This document shows, in pieces, positions 15,041-27,543 of a DNA stretch of 64,000 bases. The notes under the pieces were generated by a model. It had not been told where the DNA came from, did no database searches, and saw only the letters and a list, made by a program, of their open reading frames with translations. The translations under genes and the position numbers were made by a program. Source of the DNA: Octopus sinensis (lineage: Eukaryota); contig NC_043000.1 in assembly GCF_006345805.1 (NCBI RefSeq), positions 123,380,001 to 123,444,000 of the forward strand, written 5' to 3'. Numbering within the stretch: position 1 is the first letter of the stretch; every line of letters begins with the position of its first letter.

Positions 15041-15889
15041 TGTCAAAAAAATAAATAAATAAAAAGCATTATAACTAAAATTAATTTTAAAATTATTGAT
15101 AATGGAAAAAAAATTTATTAATCACTGTCTACTGTTTATACCATTTCAAATAGTATATTTCTAATTAACTTCCTTGGTGTTTTGACTAAAATCTAAGAAC
15201 ACAGGAATTTCAACTAGGATATTTTATTTTTATTTTTAAGCTTCAATCAATGACTTATCTCCTACATTTTGGGCACTCTTATAGAGAGATGGTAAATTCT
15301 AGAAAGAAAAGCCCTTTCTTTAACCCAACTGCTTAATAACCCTACTAAAAACCTCCCCTTCTCAATACCTTTCCAATATGAACCTCTTTATGATGTTTTC
15401 CTTTACATTTTCATTTAATTCAATTCCAAGTTTTACTGGATATTACCCTCCTTCTCTCTATTGTTGCTCTGTTTCTATATTTATCTTGCTCCTTACTCCT
15501 GCTCCTTCTCTCCTTCTTTCTAAATATTTCCATTTGTCCAAAGCAGCAAATGTCTTGTGCTCAGACATAACTGTTGGAGAGTTTGTCATGAGGTATGGGA
15601 CATTAAAAATTTTCAAAATGCTGGCTGCTTCCTAAATATATGTGCCGAGTCAGAAAATAAAGCAAAGTAAAAAAAAATAAAAAAGGAGAAAATCAAAACA
15701 AAAAGAACATTCTTTTGAAATGTAATGACAAATGACTTTGGTTTATTATTACCAACTATAAAAAAAAAATAATTAAACAGTAAACAGAAATGATAATACT
15801 AATTTGTCTTGTGTAGAGCTCGCTAATTGCAGTGTCCAACTTAATACTGATTTTGTATGACTGTACAGACTATATATGTGTAATTAAGA

Positions 15890-15895
15890 AATAAA
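15890..15895 (+). terminator. Candidate distal polyadenylation signal of neurexin
   Basis: AATAAA preceded by TGTA elements (ttttgtatgactgtaca) and followed by U-rich sequence, at the end of the SINE-free tract. Many other AATAAA hexamers lie upstream, so this assignment is tentative. Confidence 0.3.
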
Positions 15896-18033
15896 ATGGT
15901 TTGTTTTCCTAAGAAAAACAAAAATTACTTTCGTATTATTTTTATGTTAATTTATAACAACTTTCAGCATGTGAAATAAATATTGGTTTTCAGAGATTTT
16001 TCCAGATAACAAGCAAAAACTACTACTTTATTTCTGTATGTTCTGCACTATTAATTTATCAACATAAATATAAAAATTTACTGAATAGCCTAATATGCAA
16101 CATCAACTGAATTCAATTTGCAGCAACAATGAGGCTCTAGTAAGACCTACATTGGAGTATTGTTCACATTTATGGAATGGTGGTACTACTACATCCAAAC
16201 AAATATTCAACCATGTCAAAAAAAAACTCCTTTAATTAATATACAAAGGATTCACACACCAATAATCTGCTTATTTGTTTGCGCATTATACTTTAGGTAG
16301 AGGGGTGGAGTAAAAGTGAGCGAGGGGAGAAGTGCGAGTAGAGAAGAAAGAAGTAGAGAGAGATGTGTCACATGGTAAGCTGAAGGGTGAAACAAGAAGC
16401 ATTAACACATACTGTAGGGTGGTGAGGAGAAGGTAAAGAGTAAGAGATATGTTTACAATACAATATTTAGCAGAGGGTGATGTTCTGGTGGTGAGCTTAA
16501 AGAGTGATGGACAGGGGAGGCAGTTATATTGTGGGAGGGAGAGGCAGATAGCATTTGTATTGTCAGAGTAGAGATACACCAACAGCAAGAAAAAGTAGAT
16601 ATAAACAAACAACTGAACTGAAATGAAATGAGCTTTGTAACTGAAAACTATAGTGATGATGGGGGTGGTGGTGTATTGGTAGTGTAAAGTATTTTTTATT
16701 AAACTAAATCTATAATATTATTCTTCTAACTGTTCGTTCACACTTTACACTTTGTTAGAGAGGCGGAGGAGTGGAGTGAGAGAGAGGAAGAGGGAATGTG
16801 AAAGTGTGTAAGAATGCAAATAGTCAGCTGATGCATTATGTTGTCATTCAGGAGGTTAGTGGAAGTGAGGGGTGAAGAGAAAGAGAAATATCAACAACAT
16901 GAAGAGGGGAATTACACAGTTAAAAACTTTGTTGAGGTAGAGAGAAAGAGAGAAATATAAGTGCTTAGCAGATGGAAATTTTGAAATTATATAATATACT
17001 ATTGTGACTGAAATTGAAATAATCCTAATAGAAATAAAAATAAAGATGCAAATTATCCTGTCTTTCTTAAATAGCTTCTCTTAATTTTTTACTGTTCTGT
17101 GGAATTTCCATAGGTCCCATTAGTGCTTTAATTATTGGGCCATAGAAACACAGATTCCTTTTTATATCTTTGGGGCAATTATAAGCAATGTGATTGAGAG
17201 CCATTAATGTTTAGGTAGGGGGTGTAGTGGTGTTTTTGATTTGAATAGAACTTGAGTTTTATCAGTAAAAGAGATAAGATTGACATGCTTCCATTGGAGG
17301 ATTCCCTCAAGGTCTCCATTCATGTGATTAATACAGGCTTAGCATGTGATATCTAGGTTGCATAAAAATTATGTATGATTGGGGAAGGTTAAAAAAGGAT
17401 GAATAGTTGCACCGTCTACATAAAGAGAGGGCTTTGTTAGGTGGGTGGCAGCTAGATTATTGATGTATTGAAGACAGAGAGAGAGAGAGTGCAAAACTGA
17501 CCCATGGGCCATGCCAGAATTAAGAGTGAATTGAAAAGAGCTCTGTCAACACATGCCATGATGGTGTGACTTTATAGGAGACAATTGATTTGGGGGCACA
17601 TACAAGGAGACAAGTGGACAGGTGTACCTGATGATGTTACATGAGACCAGCCAGTTCCAAGCAACAGAGATCACTAGTAGTGACAGAAGAGATAATAAAG
17701 AGATAACATGTCTGTGGGCCAGAAATAGGTATGTGTTCATACCAATTATATACAAATGTATACAAAGCAGTGAAGTGACCTTTTGCTTGATGTACTGCAC
17801 AGCAACAGCATCACCAGAGATGTCAGGGCAGTATTCTATAATTCCATAGGCACATTTATTGGTAAAAAGAAATTAACATTATTTTTCTCTTTTGACGGAA
17901 TATATTCAAGAGAGTGGTGAACTGGAAATAAATGAGTGAGAGACCAAATGCTTTAAATTTCTTTATTTTCGTTTTTCTACATGATTCATCATGATGTAAT
18001 TATTACCTAAACATTGAAAATAAGTAATATATA

Positions 18034-18255
18034 CCTATTTCTTTACTACCCACAAGGGGCTAAACACAGAGAGGACAAACAAGGACAGACAAACAGATTA
18101 AGTTGATTATATCAACCCCAGTGCGTAACTGGTACTTATTTAATTGACCCTGAAAGGATGAAAGGCAAAGTCGACCTCGGCAGAATTTGAACTCAGACGA
18201 AATACTGCTAAGCATTTCACCCAGCGTGCTAACGATTCTGCCAGCTCGTTGCCTT
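18034..18255 (-). mobile_element. tRNA-derived SINE family A copy
   Basis: Same sequence as the copies at 24753 and 48666, with an internal deletion; 15-bp TSD AATAAGTAATATATA at 18019-18033 and 18258-18272. Confidence 0.85.
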
Positions 18256-18681
18256 AGAATAAGTAATATATAATTACTGAAGTAATGATATAAAAGAGAC
18301 AGCATTTTCCTATAATCATAATGGATGTCAGAATGTTCTCATTTGCATATAATGATTCTTATCTAAAAGACATATTTAACAATTACATGTGGCAATTTAC
18401 AGTCAACTTGAGATACATACTCAACAGCATGTGGACATACATGTATGTAAATATATATTTTTAAAAGAGACATAACTACAAAATACTTGAGATTTTGGGT
18501 AAAGTTTTTTAAGATTTAAATAATAAAGTTAACTGGATTATCTGACATCAAAACTGAAGTATTTAAATCTAAGACTTTACGATCATTTGTCTTAAATGTC
18601 ACAAACATAATGCAGTTTTAACAGGCAGATGTATGTTACATGACTCAATGCCAAAAAGGGGATTTCTGGCCATCAATGTTT

Positions 18682-18825
18682 TCAAGTAGTTGTTTCTGGT
18701 AAAGGATGCACTCTGTTGAAGACATAAGGCTTAAAGATGATAAAGCTACCACACATCATGATGGACAAAGCTAGGAGAGTAAAGCTGATCAAACCTCCAC
18801 ATGCCCATCTCCTCATATTTGTTAC
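18682..18825 (-). CDS. CD36/SR-B family protein, exon 8 (C-terminal TM helix and tail)
   Basis: Acceptor ttttattcttgttgcAG, phase 0. Reads VTNMRRWACGGLISFTLLALSIMMCGSFIIFKPYVFNRVHPLPETTT*. Not present in the ORF track. Confidence 0.82.
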   Translation of the reverse strand, partial: VTNMRRWACGGLISFTLLALSIMMCGSFIIFKPYVFNRVHPLPETTT

Positions 18826-18988
18826 CTGCAACAAGAATAAAAGAGCTGAAAATATTTACCTTAACAAAGCCAAAAGTTATCTTTTCTTTTACAACATAAA
18901 GGTTTTCATTTCACTTATTTCTGTAGTCTGTACTTTGCCTGGTCGACATTGAATATGATAAAATCTAAGGTATCCTCTCTTTCTGGCA

Positions 18989-19212
18989 TTGACCCTTTAG
19001 CATTTAAACCAGCCATATCCAGTCAAAACATTTGATCTGTTTTATATTCACACTAGCCAGATCTGGCTTTTCACACCTACCCTAATATGTCATTCCAAGA
19101 ATAAAAATCATATCAAAATTTTGAAGCTATGAGGTACTGCATGGTTAATTCAAAACAATATGAATAGATAAGCATTACATTCGACAGAGTAATCTGAATG
19201 CTGAAGAGTTAA
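18989..19212. mobile_element. Degenerate TTAA-ended MITE (piggyBac/Kolobok-like)
   Basis: Imperfect inverted termini ttgaccctttagcatt ... aatgctgaagagttaa. Confidence 0.5.
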
Positions 19213-20852
19213 CTGTGGGAAATGCTTCAAGCGATAATTATTACCCACAAATAAACATTATCATCACCATTTAATGTCCATTTTTCATGTTGGTATGGAT
19301 TGAACAGTTTGAGAGGAAATGGCAAACCAGAGGATGGCACCAAACTCCAATATCTTCTTCTCTGATTACTACAACTAGATACCCTTCCCAATGCCAAACA
19401 CTTTATAGCGTGTGCTGGCTGTTTTTTTTTATTTGGTACTGGCACTAGTGAGATCACCAAGCAACTCACAAGATGGGATGTAGTAGTGAGGGAGGTGGTG
19501 CTGAGAGGTTAGAATATGAAGAGGATCAGATGTCTTGCTGTAGAAGAGATAAAACAAATGCATACAGTCTTGTTGAACATGTATAAATAAAGTTTCTCCA
19601 CTTTCTTGAAGTTCTTGAATTTGATATTAAATAACCTGCTATAAACGTTAAATACAGTTCAAATCTGGAGATTACCCAGGTAAAATCAATCTTTGTTTTA
19701 TATTCTTGGCAACCCAGAACATTATCTTGTTGATATATTGCCAGTTTGGAAGGAGTATGTTGTTATGTAAATCATATCTAACAGTTATATCTTTTCTATA
19801 TATGTTATAGGTATTAAATATCATTTACAAAATTGAAATTTATTTTGCCTTACACTCTATAATGATAATAACAAAAATGACTGTCCAACTGGAACCTCTG
19901 TATGTCAGTCTACATTTGCTTTACATAGACATAATATATCTTTTTGGAATCAGGATTAACTCAGGATTGAAAATCTGCCCTTCATTTGGTTCTTGAACAT
20001 CCAACATTGGGAGTTGTTTGAAAAGCATTTGGGTTGCTATTTCTAGCAGGTAAAACTTGGCTGATTCACACCATCTTGGTTGGCATTTGTCAGGTGGTGT
20101 CAGAGATCAAGAGAGAGATAAATGACATTCACTTCATTAATTTTATGTTGAGCTAAGAACTTTGGGACAAATTAGCCAACAGTTGGAATTCAACTTGGGA
20201 CTGGAACAATAGAGTGATTGCAATACAGTATCATCATCTCTCCTTAACCTCTGACCAAACACTACTGGGCATATAGTCATTATAGACGTATTATAGTCCA
20301 CCTAATTAGATCTCTTTAGTTTGGGGCTGCAAGCTCAATTAGCCCTCTGCAGGAACTATCTTAAAAGTCGTCATGGAGTGTGGTTTTTAAGTTAGTTGAA
20401 TAATAATTTGGAGTTATAACATTATTTTCAGCAAATTACTTAACAGATCAGAGCTACCAGTTTTAACACTTCATGGACCCCTTTTCAGACTACTTTACAA
20501 CTTCTCACAGATAGCAAGTGGCAACTGATAGTGACCATAGTGTACAGTCACAGCTGAATATCCAACACTGAGACATAACACAGTTAAAATTTGTAATGTC
20601 TACACATGCAACAAAACAATATTTGCTACTTTAATTCCTGTACTATTATTCTCCAAATTAATCTTCTTTGAGGTTGCTCATCCTGCTAAAAATAACAGCA
20701 AAATCTCTCAAATAACATCCTATTGTATTTAAAAAAGAGGACACATTAGATTAGTCCTAGACACTCTTAAAAGACCAGATGGTATTGTATGGTTACTCGA
20801 TCAAAGTTGATTTCAGATTAAACAACAACAATAATAATGTTTTCTGTTGATA

Positions 20853-21230
20853 GGCGCAGGAGTGGCTGTGTGGTAAGTAACTTGCTTAACAACCACATGG
20901 TTCTGGGTTCAGTCCCACTGTATGGCACCATGGGCAAGTGTCTTCTTCTATAGCCTCAGGCCAACCAAAGCCTTGTGAGAGGATTTGGTAGACGGAAACT
21001 GAAAAGAGACCAGTCATATATACGTATATATGTATGTGTGTGTACATGTTGGTGTGTCTGTGTTTGTCCCCCCAACATTGGTTTGACAACCGATGCTGGT
21101 GTATTTATGTCCCCATAACTTAGCGGTTCAGCAAAAGAGACCAATAGAATAAGTCCTGGGGTCGATTTGCTCGACTAAAGGTGGTGCTCCAGCATGGCCA
21201 CAGTCAAATGACTGAAACAAGTTAAAGAGT
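20853..21230 (+). mobile_element. tRNA-derived SINE family C copy
   Basis: Head ggcgcaggagtggctgtgtggtaag...gggttcagtccc (Pol III A/B-box-like); the same sequence occurs at 55592 (+) and 55940-56085 (-). Confidence 0.8.
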
Positions 21231-22025
21231 AGAGGAAAAGGCTGAGCTGGTTACATCAACCCTAATGCTCAACTGGTACTTATTTTATCAATCCCAAAAG
21301 GATGAAAGGCAAATTAATAATAAGTCTTAAATATTTGTTTTTACATGTTAATTTCAAATCATGGCACAAGGCCTGCAGTTTGGGGAGAGAGAAGCTGAGT
21401 CGATTACATCAACCCCAGTGTTTAACTGGTACTTATTTTAGCTGAACCATCTGAGCAATGGGGATAGACATTGCTAATGAGTCTGTAATTAACATACAAA
21501 ACTAGTCTAATCCAGTAGTTTTCTCCACTTTGCTCATGGGCGGTTATCTCCCCTGTCAGTGTATATAAATGTGCACTTATGCAGCTTTGAGGGTTTGAAC
21601 CATAATTTCTAGTAATATAGATGCTATTCAGCATATTCAGTCACAATTAGTGATGATTAAATTTTTCCTTTATGGTTTTACATTGCGTGTAGCTGCTTGT
21701 ATTAATTTATATATATGCACACACACACACTCACACAAAAGAAAGAGAGTAAATTTACATGATTTTTTTGTCCTTCCCAGAATTTAAAAGAGTTATTTAT
21801 TCATCAAGAAGAACATATATATAGATGCTCAGTCTTAAGTTGTCAACTAGCTCTCTCTCATATCACATTATTATCTTAAAAAGAGAAAGAAATACACAGC
21901 CTAAAGACAAGTAACAGGATGGCCATGACTGAAATTTCTGATTGTAGGTTTGCTCAATCAGAATTGACTCACGACTAAACAACAACAACTAGTTATATCT
22001 AAAAATCAAAAAAAAAAAAACTTAC

Positions 22026-22220
22026 AAAATCTTTGTATGGCTGAATTTGTGTCATTGTTGTAACTGTTTTCACCCAGTAAACTGGTAAGAGATGTTCAAA
22101 AGAAGCCAAATTGAGAGGCTGCTTCCATTTAGAATCAAACAGTTTTCTGGAAATCTTGATGTTAAACTGGAAACTGATTACTCGATGCCAAATCTGTCCT
22201 GTTACTGGTTCAATATATAT
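22026..22220 (-). CDS. CD36/SR-B family protein, exon 7
   Basis: cAG...GTAAGT boundaries, phase 0/0. IYIEPVTGQIWHRVISFQFNIKI...LLPVYWV matches the CD36 hallmarks iEP.TG, Q.N and lP..W. Confidence 0.9.
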
Positions 22221-22859
22221 CTGAAAGAAGAAGTACAAGTGTATATGCAATTTACAGATGGGACTTCATTTGGATGCTTTTTTCTTGACAGTAGCTTAGT
22301 GTTATGTGCATAAATGTGAGTGTGCCTGTGATTACCTGTAGATTCAGGACAGTAGATGGCAGACAGTCCCTTTACATTGAATTAAAAATGTCAGTGGATT
22401 TTTATAAAATAAGTGCCAGTTACATATTTATCAGTTTGATCAATATTAACCTCTCAAAACGTGTAGCCTCAATCCAGCGTAAGAAATCCTCATCATGATT
22501 ATTATTATAGATGTTTTCGATCTAGTTTGGATTCTTTGCTATCAAATTTGATTGCAAAGAATTCAAATTTGATGGCAAAGAATCCAAACTAGATCAAAAA
22601 CATCTATATTTTTATTACTATTATTATTATTATTATTATTATTATTGTTGTTATTATTATTACTGAAGGCAGAAAAATAACAGAACTGTTAGCATGCTGG
22701 GCAAAATGCTTAGTGGCATTTCATCCATCTTTACAGTCAAACTCTGCAAAAGTTGACTTTGCTTTTCATCCCTTCAGGGTCAATAAAATAAGTACCAGTT
22801 GAATACTTGGGTTAATGTAATCAACTTACTCATTCTGCTAGAATAGGGACAGAGGTAGG

Positions 22860-23170
22860 ATATGTCTATTTACACAGACATCGGTAAGAAGATGCTGGAA
22901 GCATTCATTCAGAAACTAAGGTGGTCTGCATCATTCTGAATGAGCACTAGGAGGTCACAGGAACATGCATAAACTGTGACAAATTATTGGACTTTCACCT
23001 TGGCACCTAGAGAAGCATGTGCATGCAGGACAACAGCTTTCTGTCACTGAACTGATGATCCAGTTAAGGTATTTGGGGTTTCCTACAGACCAGACCTCCA
23101 GGTGGACACTAAATTTACATTAAGCATAGTAAACAGTTTTACTCAGAAATCGATTGGAAAGAAACTGTTG
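22860..23170 (+). mobile_element. Highly degenerate LINE (L1/Tx1-like) RT fragment
   Basis: Broken reading ...TDDPVKVFGVSYRPDLQV resembles the post-YADD region of Tx1-like RTs; many stops. Confidence 0.3.
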
Positions 23171-23187
23171 GACAGAAATAGTTGACA

Positions 23188-23413
23188 GAGCTGGCAGAAA
23201 CGTTAGCATGCTGGGCGAAATGCTTTGTGGTATTTCATCTGCCACTACGTTCTGAGTTCAAATCCTGCCGTGGTCAACTTTGCCTTTCATCCTTTCAGGG
23301 TCTATAAATTAAGTACCAGTTATGTACTGGGGGTCGATGTAATTGACTTAATCATTTTGTCTGTCCTTGTTTGTCCCCTCTGTGTTTAGCCCCTTGTGGG
23401 CAATAAAGAAATA
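23188..23413 (+). mobile_element. SINE family A copy
   Basis: Near full-length; 14-bp TSD AGAAATAGTTGACA at 23174-23187 and 23414-23427. Confidence 0.88.
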
Positions 23414-24375
23414 AGAAATAGTTGACATCATCTATACCACTTCAGTGATGTACAACTACCTGTCAGTTCCTTCTTAACTCAGAAGACATCCAAACAGATT
23501 GGAGTAATGCACTTTTGCTTCTTGTTGAACAATCAAGTTCTGCTGGTGAGGAGGCACATCTGCTGCTAACACCCATCAAGTATGACACACAGATTGCTGT
23601 TTTAAACTGATAATACTTCATTTGCACATAACTGAATTTTTCTTCATCCAGACAGGTGCTTTAATCTATCAGTGACGACAGATTTTGTTTTGGTATACAG
23701 TTTCCTGAGTATCTGCTACTGACAAAACCAAGCAAGGCAGAAATGTGCATCTACATTCTCACTCCTGCTGCTGGGTAATTTTTGTCTGCTACTGGCATAT
23801 TTTTGTGCTATTTAGCATTGTATATCTTTAAGAGATATCCGCTCAGGATGAATAATGCAGTAAATTTGGCTTTCCATGATAACTCTGCATTAAGTATGAT
23901 ACACACATTACTATTTTAAACAAATATTGCTTCCGTTGCACATACCGAATGTATGCATGTTTGTGTGTGTGTGTGTGTATGTACATTATTCAGTTTTATT
24001 TCAAGATTTCTTGTCAACAGAAAAAGATCCATTTTCTGACCTAGATCCAAGGCTCCTTCATTGGAATTTCAACAACACCAAAAGGGTATTTTTGTATGTA
24101 TGTATGTATGTATGTATGTATGTGTGTATGTATGTATATGTGCAGATTTGAATGTATATATGTATGCATGTATTTATCATCAACTGTCTCAATATATTGA
24201 AGCTAGAGTAAAATATGGAAGGAAAGAATTGAAGAAGGCAGAAGCAAGTATTTGAAAAACTGAGTTCATAAGGAAATAAGGAAATTAGAGTATAAAGTGT
24301 AAAATAGCATTTTATAGAATAAGTGGAGAAGAAGAAAGAGAGTGAAATTAATGTTTGTATAAAGAAAATAATTAC

Positions 24376-24533
24376 ATAACAATGGGATTTGTTGCTTTTT
24401 GTTTTTCTTTCTACTTGTGTAATGTTGCTGGCTGTTGAGTAGGGATGACTTAAGAAACTCATATAACCATATTGTTGAGTAACATTCTGAATACCATCCT
24501 CTTCAATGAAGAATCCATCGACTTTGAATTCAT
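24376..24533 (-). CDS. CD36/SR-B family protein, exon 6
   Basis: ttcttAG...GTAATT boundaries, phase 1/0. DEFKVDGFFIEEDGIQNVTQQYGYMSFLSHPYSTASNITQVERKTKSNKSHCY corresponds to the CD36 G..N.s....P.f.S.PHF...H segment. Confidence 0.82.
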
Positions 24534-24752
24534 CTAAGAATTGAAAAAATATTATTACAGATGTGTATTTGCTGGAAAAAGCCTGAAGTCATTTAATATA
24601 TTAATTTTTAAGAGTAAAAGACAGAAACAGTAGAAGGCAGGCCAAAAATATGCATTTTTGTATTTGGTTACATCCCTTTTCCTCTAAATTCAAATCATAA
24701 TGGTATGGAGTTTACCTTCAAATATTTTGCTGATAGTGGTAATAGTGGTGGT

Positions 24753-24987
24753 TTAGGGCGGCGAGCTGGCAGAATCGTTAGCATGCCAGGCGAAATGCGT
24801 ACCCATATTTCGTCTGCCGTTACATTCTGAGTTCAAATTCCGCCGAGGTCAACTTTGCCTTTTATCCTTTCGGGGTCGATTAAATAAGTACCAGTTACAC
24901 ACTGGAGTTGATGTAATCAACTTAATCCGTTTGTCTGTCCTTGTTTGTCCTCTCTGTGTTTAGCCCCTTGTGGGTAGTAAAGAAATA
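24753..24987 (+). mobile_element. SINE family A, full-length copy
   Basis: tRNA-like head ggcggcgagctggcagaa...gagttcaaattcc; central box gtcaactttgccttttatcctttcggggtcga; 15-bp TSD GGTAATAGTGGTGGT. Confidence 0.9.
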
Positions 24988-26529
24988 GGTAATAGTGGTG
25001 GTGGTGGTGTGGTTGATAAATTGAGTACCAGTGAAATACTGGTGTTGATTTAATTGACTTGCCTTCCACACCATAATTTGTGTCCATTATACCAATGTTG
25101 TAAATCAATATCTAAATTCATATAAAGAGTGCAGAGTTGTAATTCCTTAAGTCATTTAGCTTTACACAGCTAAGTTTCTAACTCATATGTTTGAATTCCT
25201 CTGGAATCAAATTTGCTTCCAGCTTTCCGCACTCAATGTCATAAGACTGAGTACTATTCCTGGATCTACTATTTCATTCCCTTTCCAAAATTAGAATCAT
25301 GTGTCCAAGTAAAATTGAATATGCATATATTTATCAAAATGTTTGACAGCTCTCATTTGCTATATTTGCATTCATAGTTTCATGGAGGAAAAAAGAAACT
25401 CTTTTTATTCTCACACTCTTGAAGCCCAACCACAACTAAGGAAAGGTTGGCAATGGAATTAAATGATGCTATAGTCAGGAATTCAATTGAAGTGAATTTA
25501 ATACCCATTCTTTAATAATATGAAGGGGGAAATAATACAAATATAAGGATGTATATTAAATCTATTTAATGGTTTCTAATTTAGGTACTAGGCCAGTCAA
25601 CAATTTTCAGGGTTGGTAGTTACTTATATGCAATCAATTTCAATAATGCTAAGCAATGGGCAAGCCACATTTCAAATCCCCCAATGAACGGAGTACCAAA
25701 GGACCAGAAGACCAAACACACAGAACACCAAATTTTGAGATGAATTATTTTTAGAAGAAAGTTTATTTAAGGAACATATAGCGTATTTACTTTTTTATTA
25801 TGCTGTGCCAGAATAACTATTTTAAGGGAAAATAAAAAGAAAAACGATCTTTAAAACATGTTTTACAGTTTTAAAATTAAATCTGTTTGAGAAAAATATT
25901 ATAACATTTACATGTTCCATTGTGCAACATCAATAAAATATAGGCAATTGGTGATGCAGTGAGCATATTTACTCACAAAAACAGTAAACATGTATTGCAG
26001 GAATACGATATCAAAGACATAAGCAGAAAATTAAATAGTTTATTTACTGAATACTTTTTTCATAATCGAATATTATCTTTCTGTTCTTCAATACAAATAT
26101 AAACATACGAAACAATTAAAAAGATTGCTTATCTCCCTTTGCTGTCCCTTCTTTACTGTGTAATCCCAATATACAATTTTTGGTGTTTTGTTCATTTGGT
26201 ATGGTTATGTTTGTTCTTTAAAAAGAGGAAGGAAAACATTCAATAATGAGAGGATTTAAAGAGCAGAATAATTCAGCAAATAAACTTATTTCCATTTTTG
26301 CTTATGTCTTTGATATTGTATCGCTACAATACTGACAGAATTGTTAGCACGAAATGCTTAGCAGTATTTCACCCATTGCTATGCTCTGAGTTCAAATTCC
26401 ACCAAGGTCAAATTTGCTTTTCATCCTTACAGAGTTGATAAATTAAGGACCAGTGAAACACTGGAGTCAATGGAATTGACTAGTCCCTTTCCCACAAATT
26501 TCAGGCTTTGTGCTTTTGTGGAAAGGATT

Positions 26530-26741
26530 ATTATCACCTCTACCTTAGCAAAGGCAGAAGTATTGTTTTCAGCCATGTTTGTTTGTTTGTTTGTTTGTTT
26601 GTCCACGGACAAGATATCACAAGAACCACTGGATGGATTCAGATGAAACTTTCAGGGATGTTTGGCCTCGTGACTGGCAAGAACTGATTAGATCTTGGGA
26701 TCAATCCAGTACTGGACAAGGATTCTAGATTATTTTTCCCA

Positions 26742-26745
<4 letters not shown>
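26530..26745 (+). mobile_element. 5' end of a non-autonomous Helentron/DINE-like element
   Basis: ttatcacctctacc...ggcagaagtattgttttc, (GTTT)n, then ggatggattcagatgaaactt: layout typical of DINE/HINE left ends; flanked by degenerate SINE-A copies. Confidence 0.5.
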
Positions 26746-26796
<51 letters not shown>

Positions 26797-27083
26797 CATT
26801 ATTATTATTATTATTGTTATTGTTACTGCACCAGACAAAATGCCTTGTAACATATCTTTCATCTCTTTACATTCTGAATTCAAATACCACCAAGGCTGTT
26901 TTTGCCTTTCACTGTTTGGCATTGATAAAATAAAATCCCAATCAAGTACCTGGGTCAATGTAATCAATTAGCTTCCACCCCTCAGAACTGCTGGCCTTGC
27001 ACCAAAAGTAGAAAGAATATTTCATTGATTTTCAGAGAATTTCTAATTTATCAATATTTTGTCCATAATGAATTTATACTTAC

Positions 27084-27332
27084 CATTAACAGGTAAATAT
27101 CTGCCCACTCTGACACAGTTCATTTCTAGCTCATTCTGCTTAGAAAACGTTAATGTTCGCCAGAACTCAGGCATAAACATTGAATATTTATCTGAGTAAA
27201 ATACTGGGGTTCGGCATACAGTCGTAAGTGGAGCCTGTGGTGTAAAATATACGTAACCATTCACTTTTAGCTTTGATGATGCTGTGACTCGTGGGAAGTA
27301 AATTGCTGGGATGCAGGTATGGTTGTCATATT
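27084..27332 (-). CDS. CD36/SR-B family protein, exon 5
   Basis: ttgcAG...GTAAGT boundaries, phase 1/1. EYDNHTCIPA...SMFMPEFWRTLTFSKQNELEMNCVRVGRY matches the CD36 pattern F.p...Rsl.l......v.gi...rY. Confidence 0.86.
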
Positions 27333-27543
27333 CTGCAATTATTTAAGCAGTATTTATTGGCTAATTGAAAAATCAAAATCTTGATTAATGTTGTAAATTT
27401 TTCAGTGAACATCCTATTGTGGAACTTATTTTAGAAAATGTCTTATGTCCAGGTATAATTTAACACAATCACCGGTAAAATTTCCACTTATTTCTTATTT
27501 TTATTTTTTCAAAAACGAAATACTCTATAAATGTTATACTTAC

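Noticed and set aside
21422-21634. Possible extra CD36 exon between exons 7 and 8 (also 19560-19780)
   Set aside because: Phase-0 reading from the available acceptors hits stops, and exon 7 joins exon 8 cleanly.
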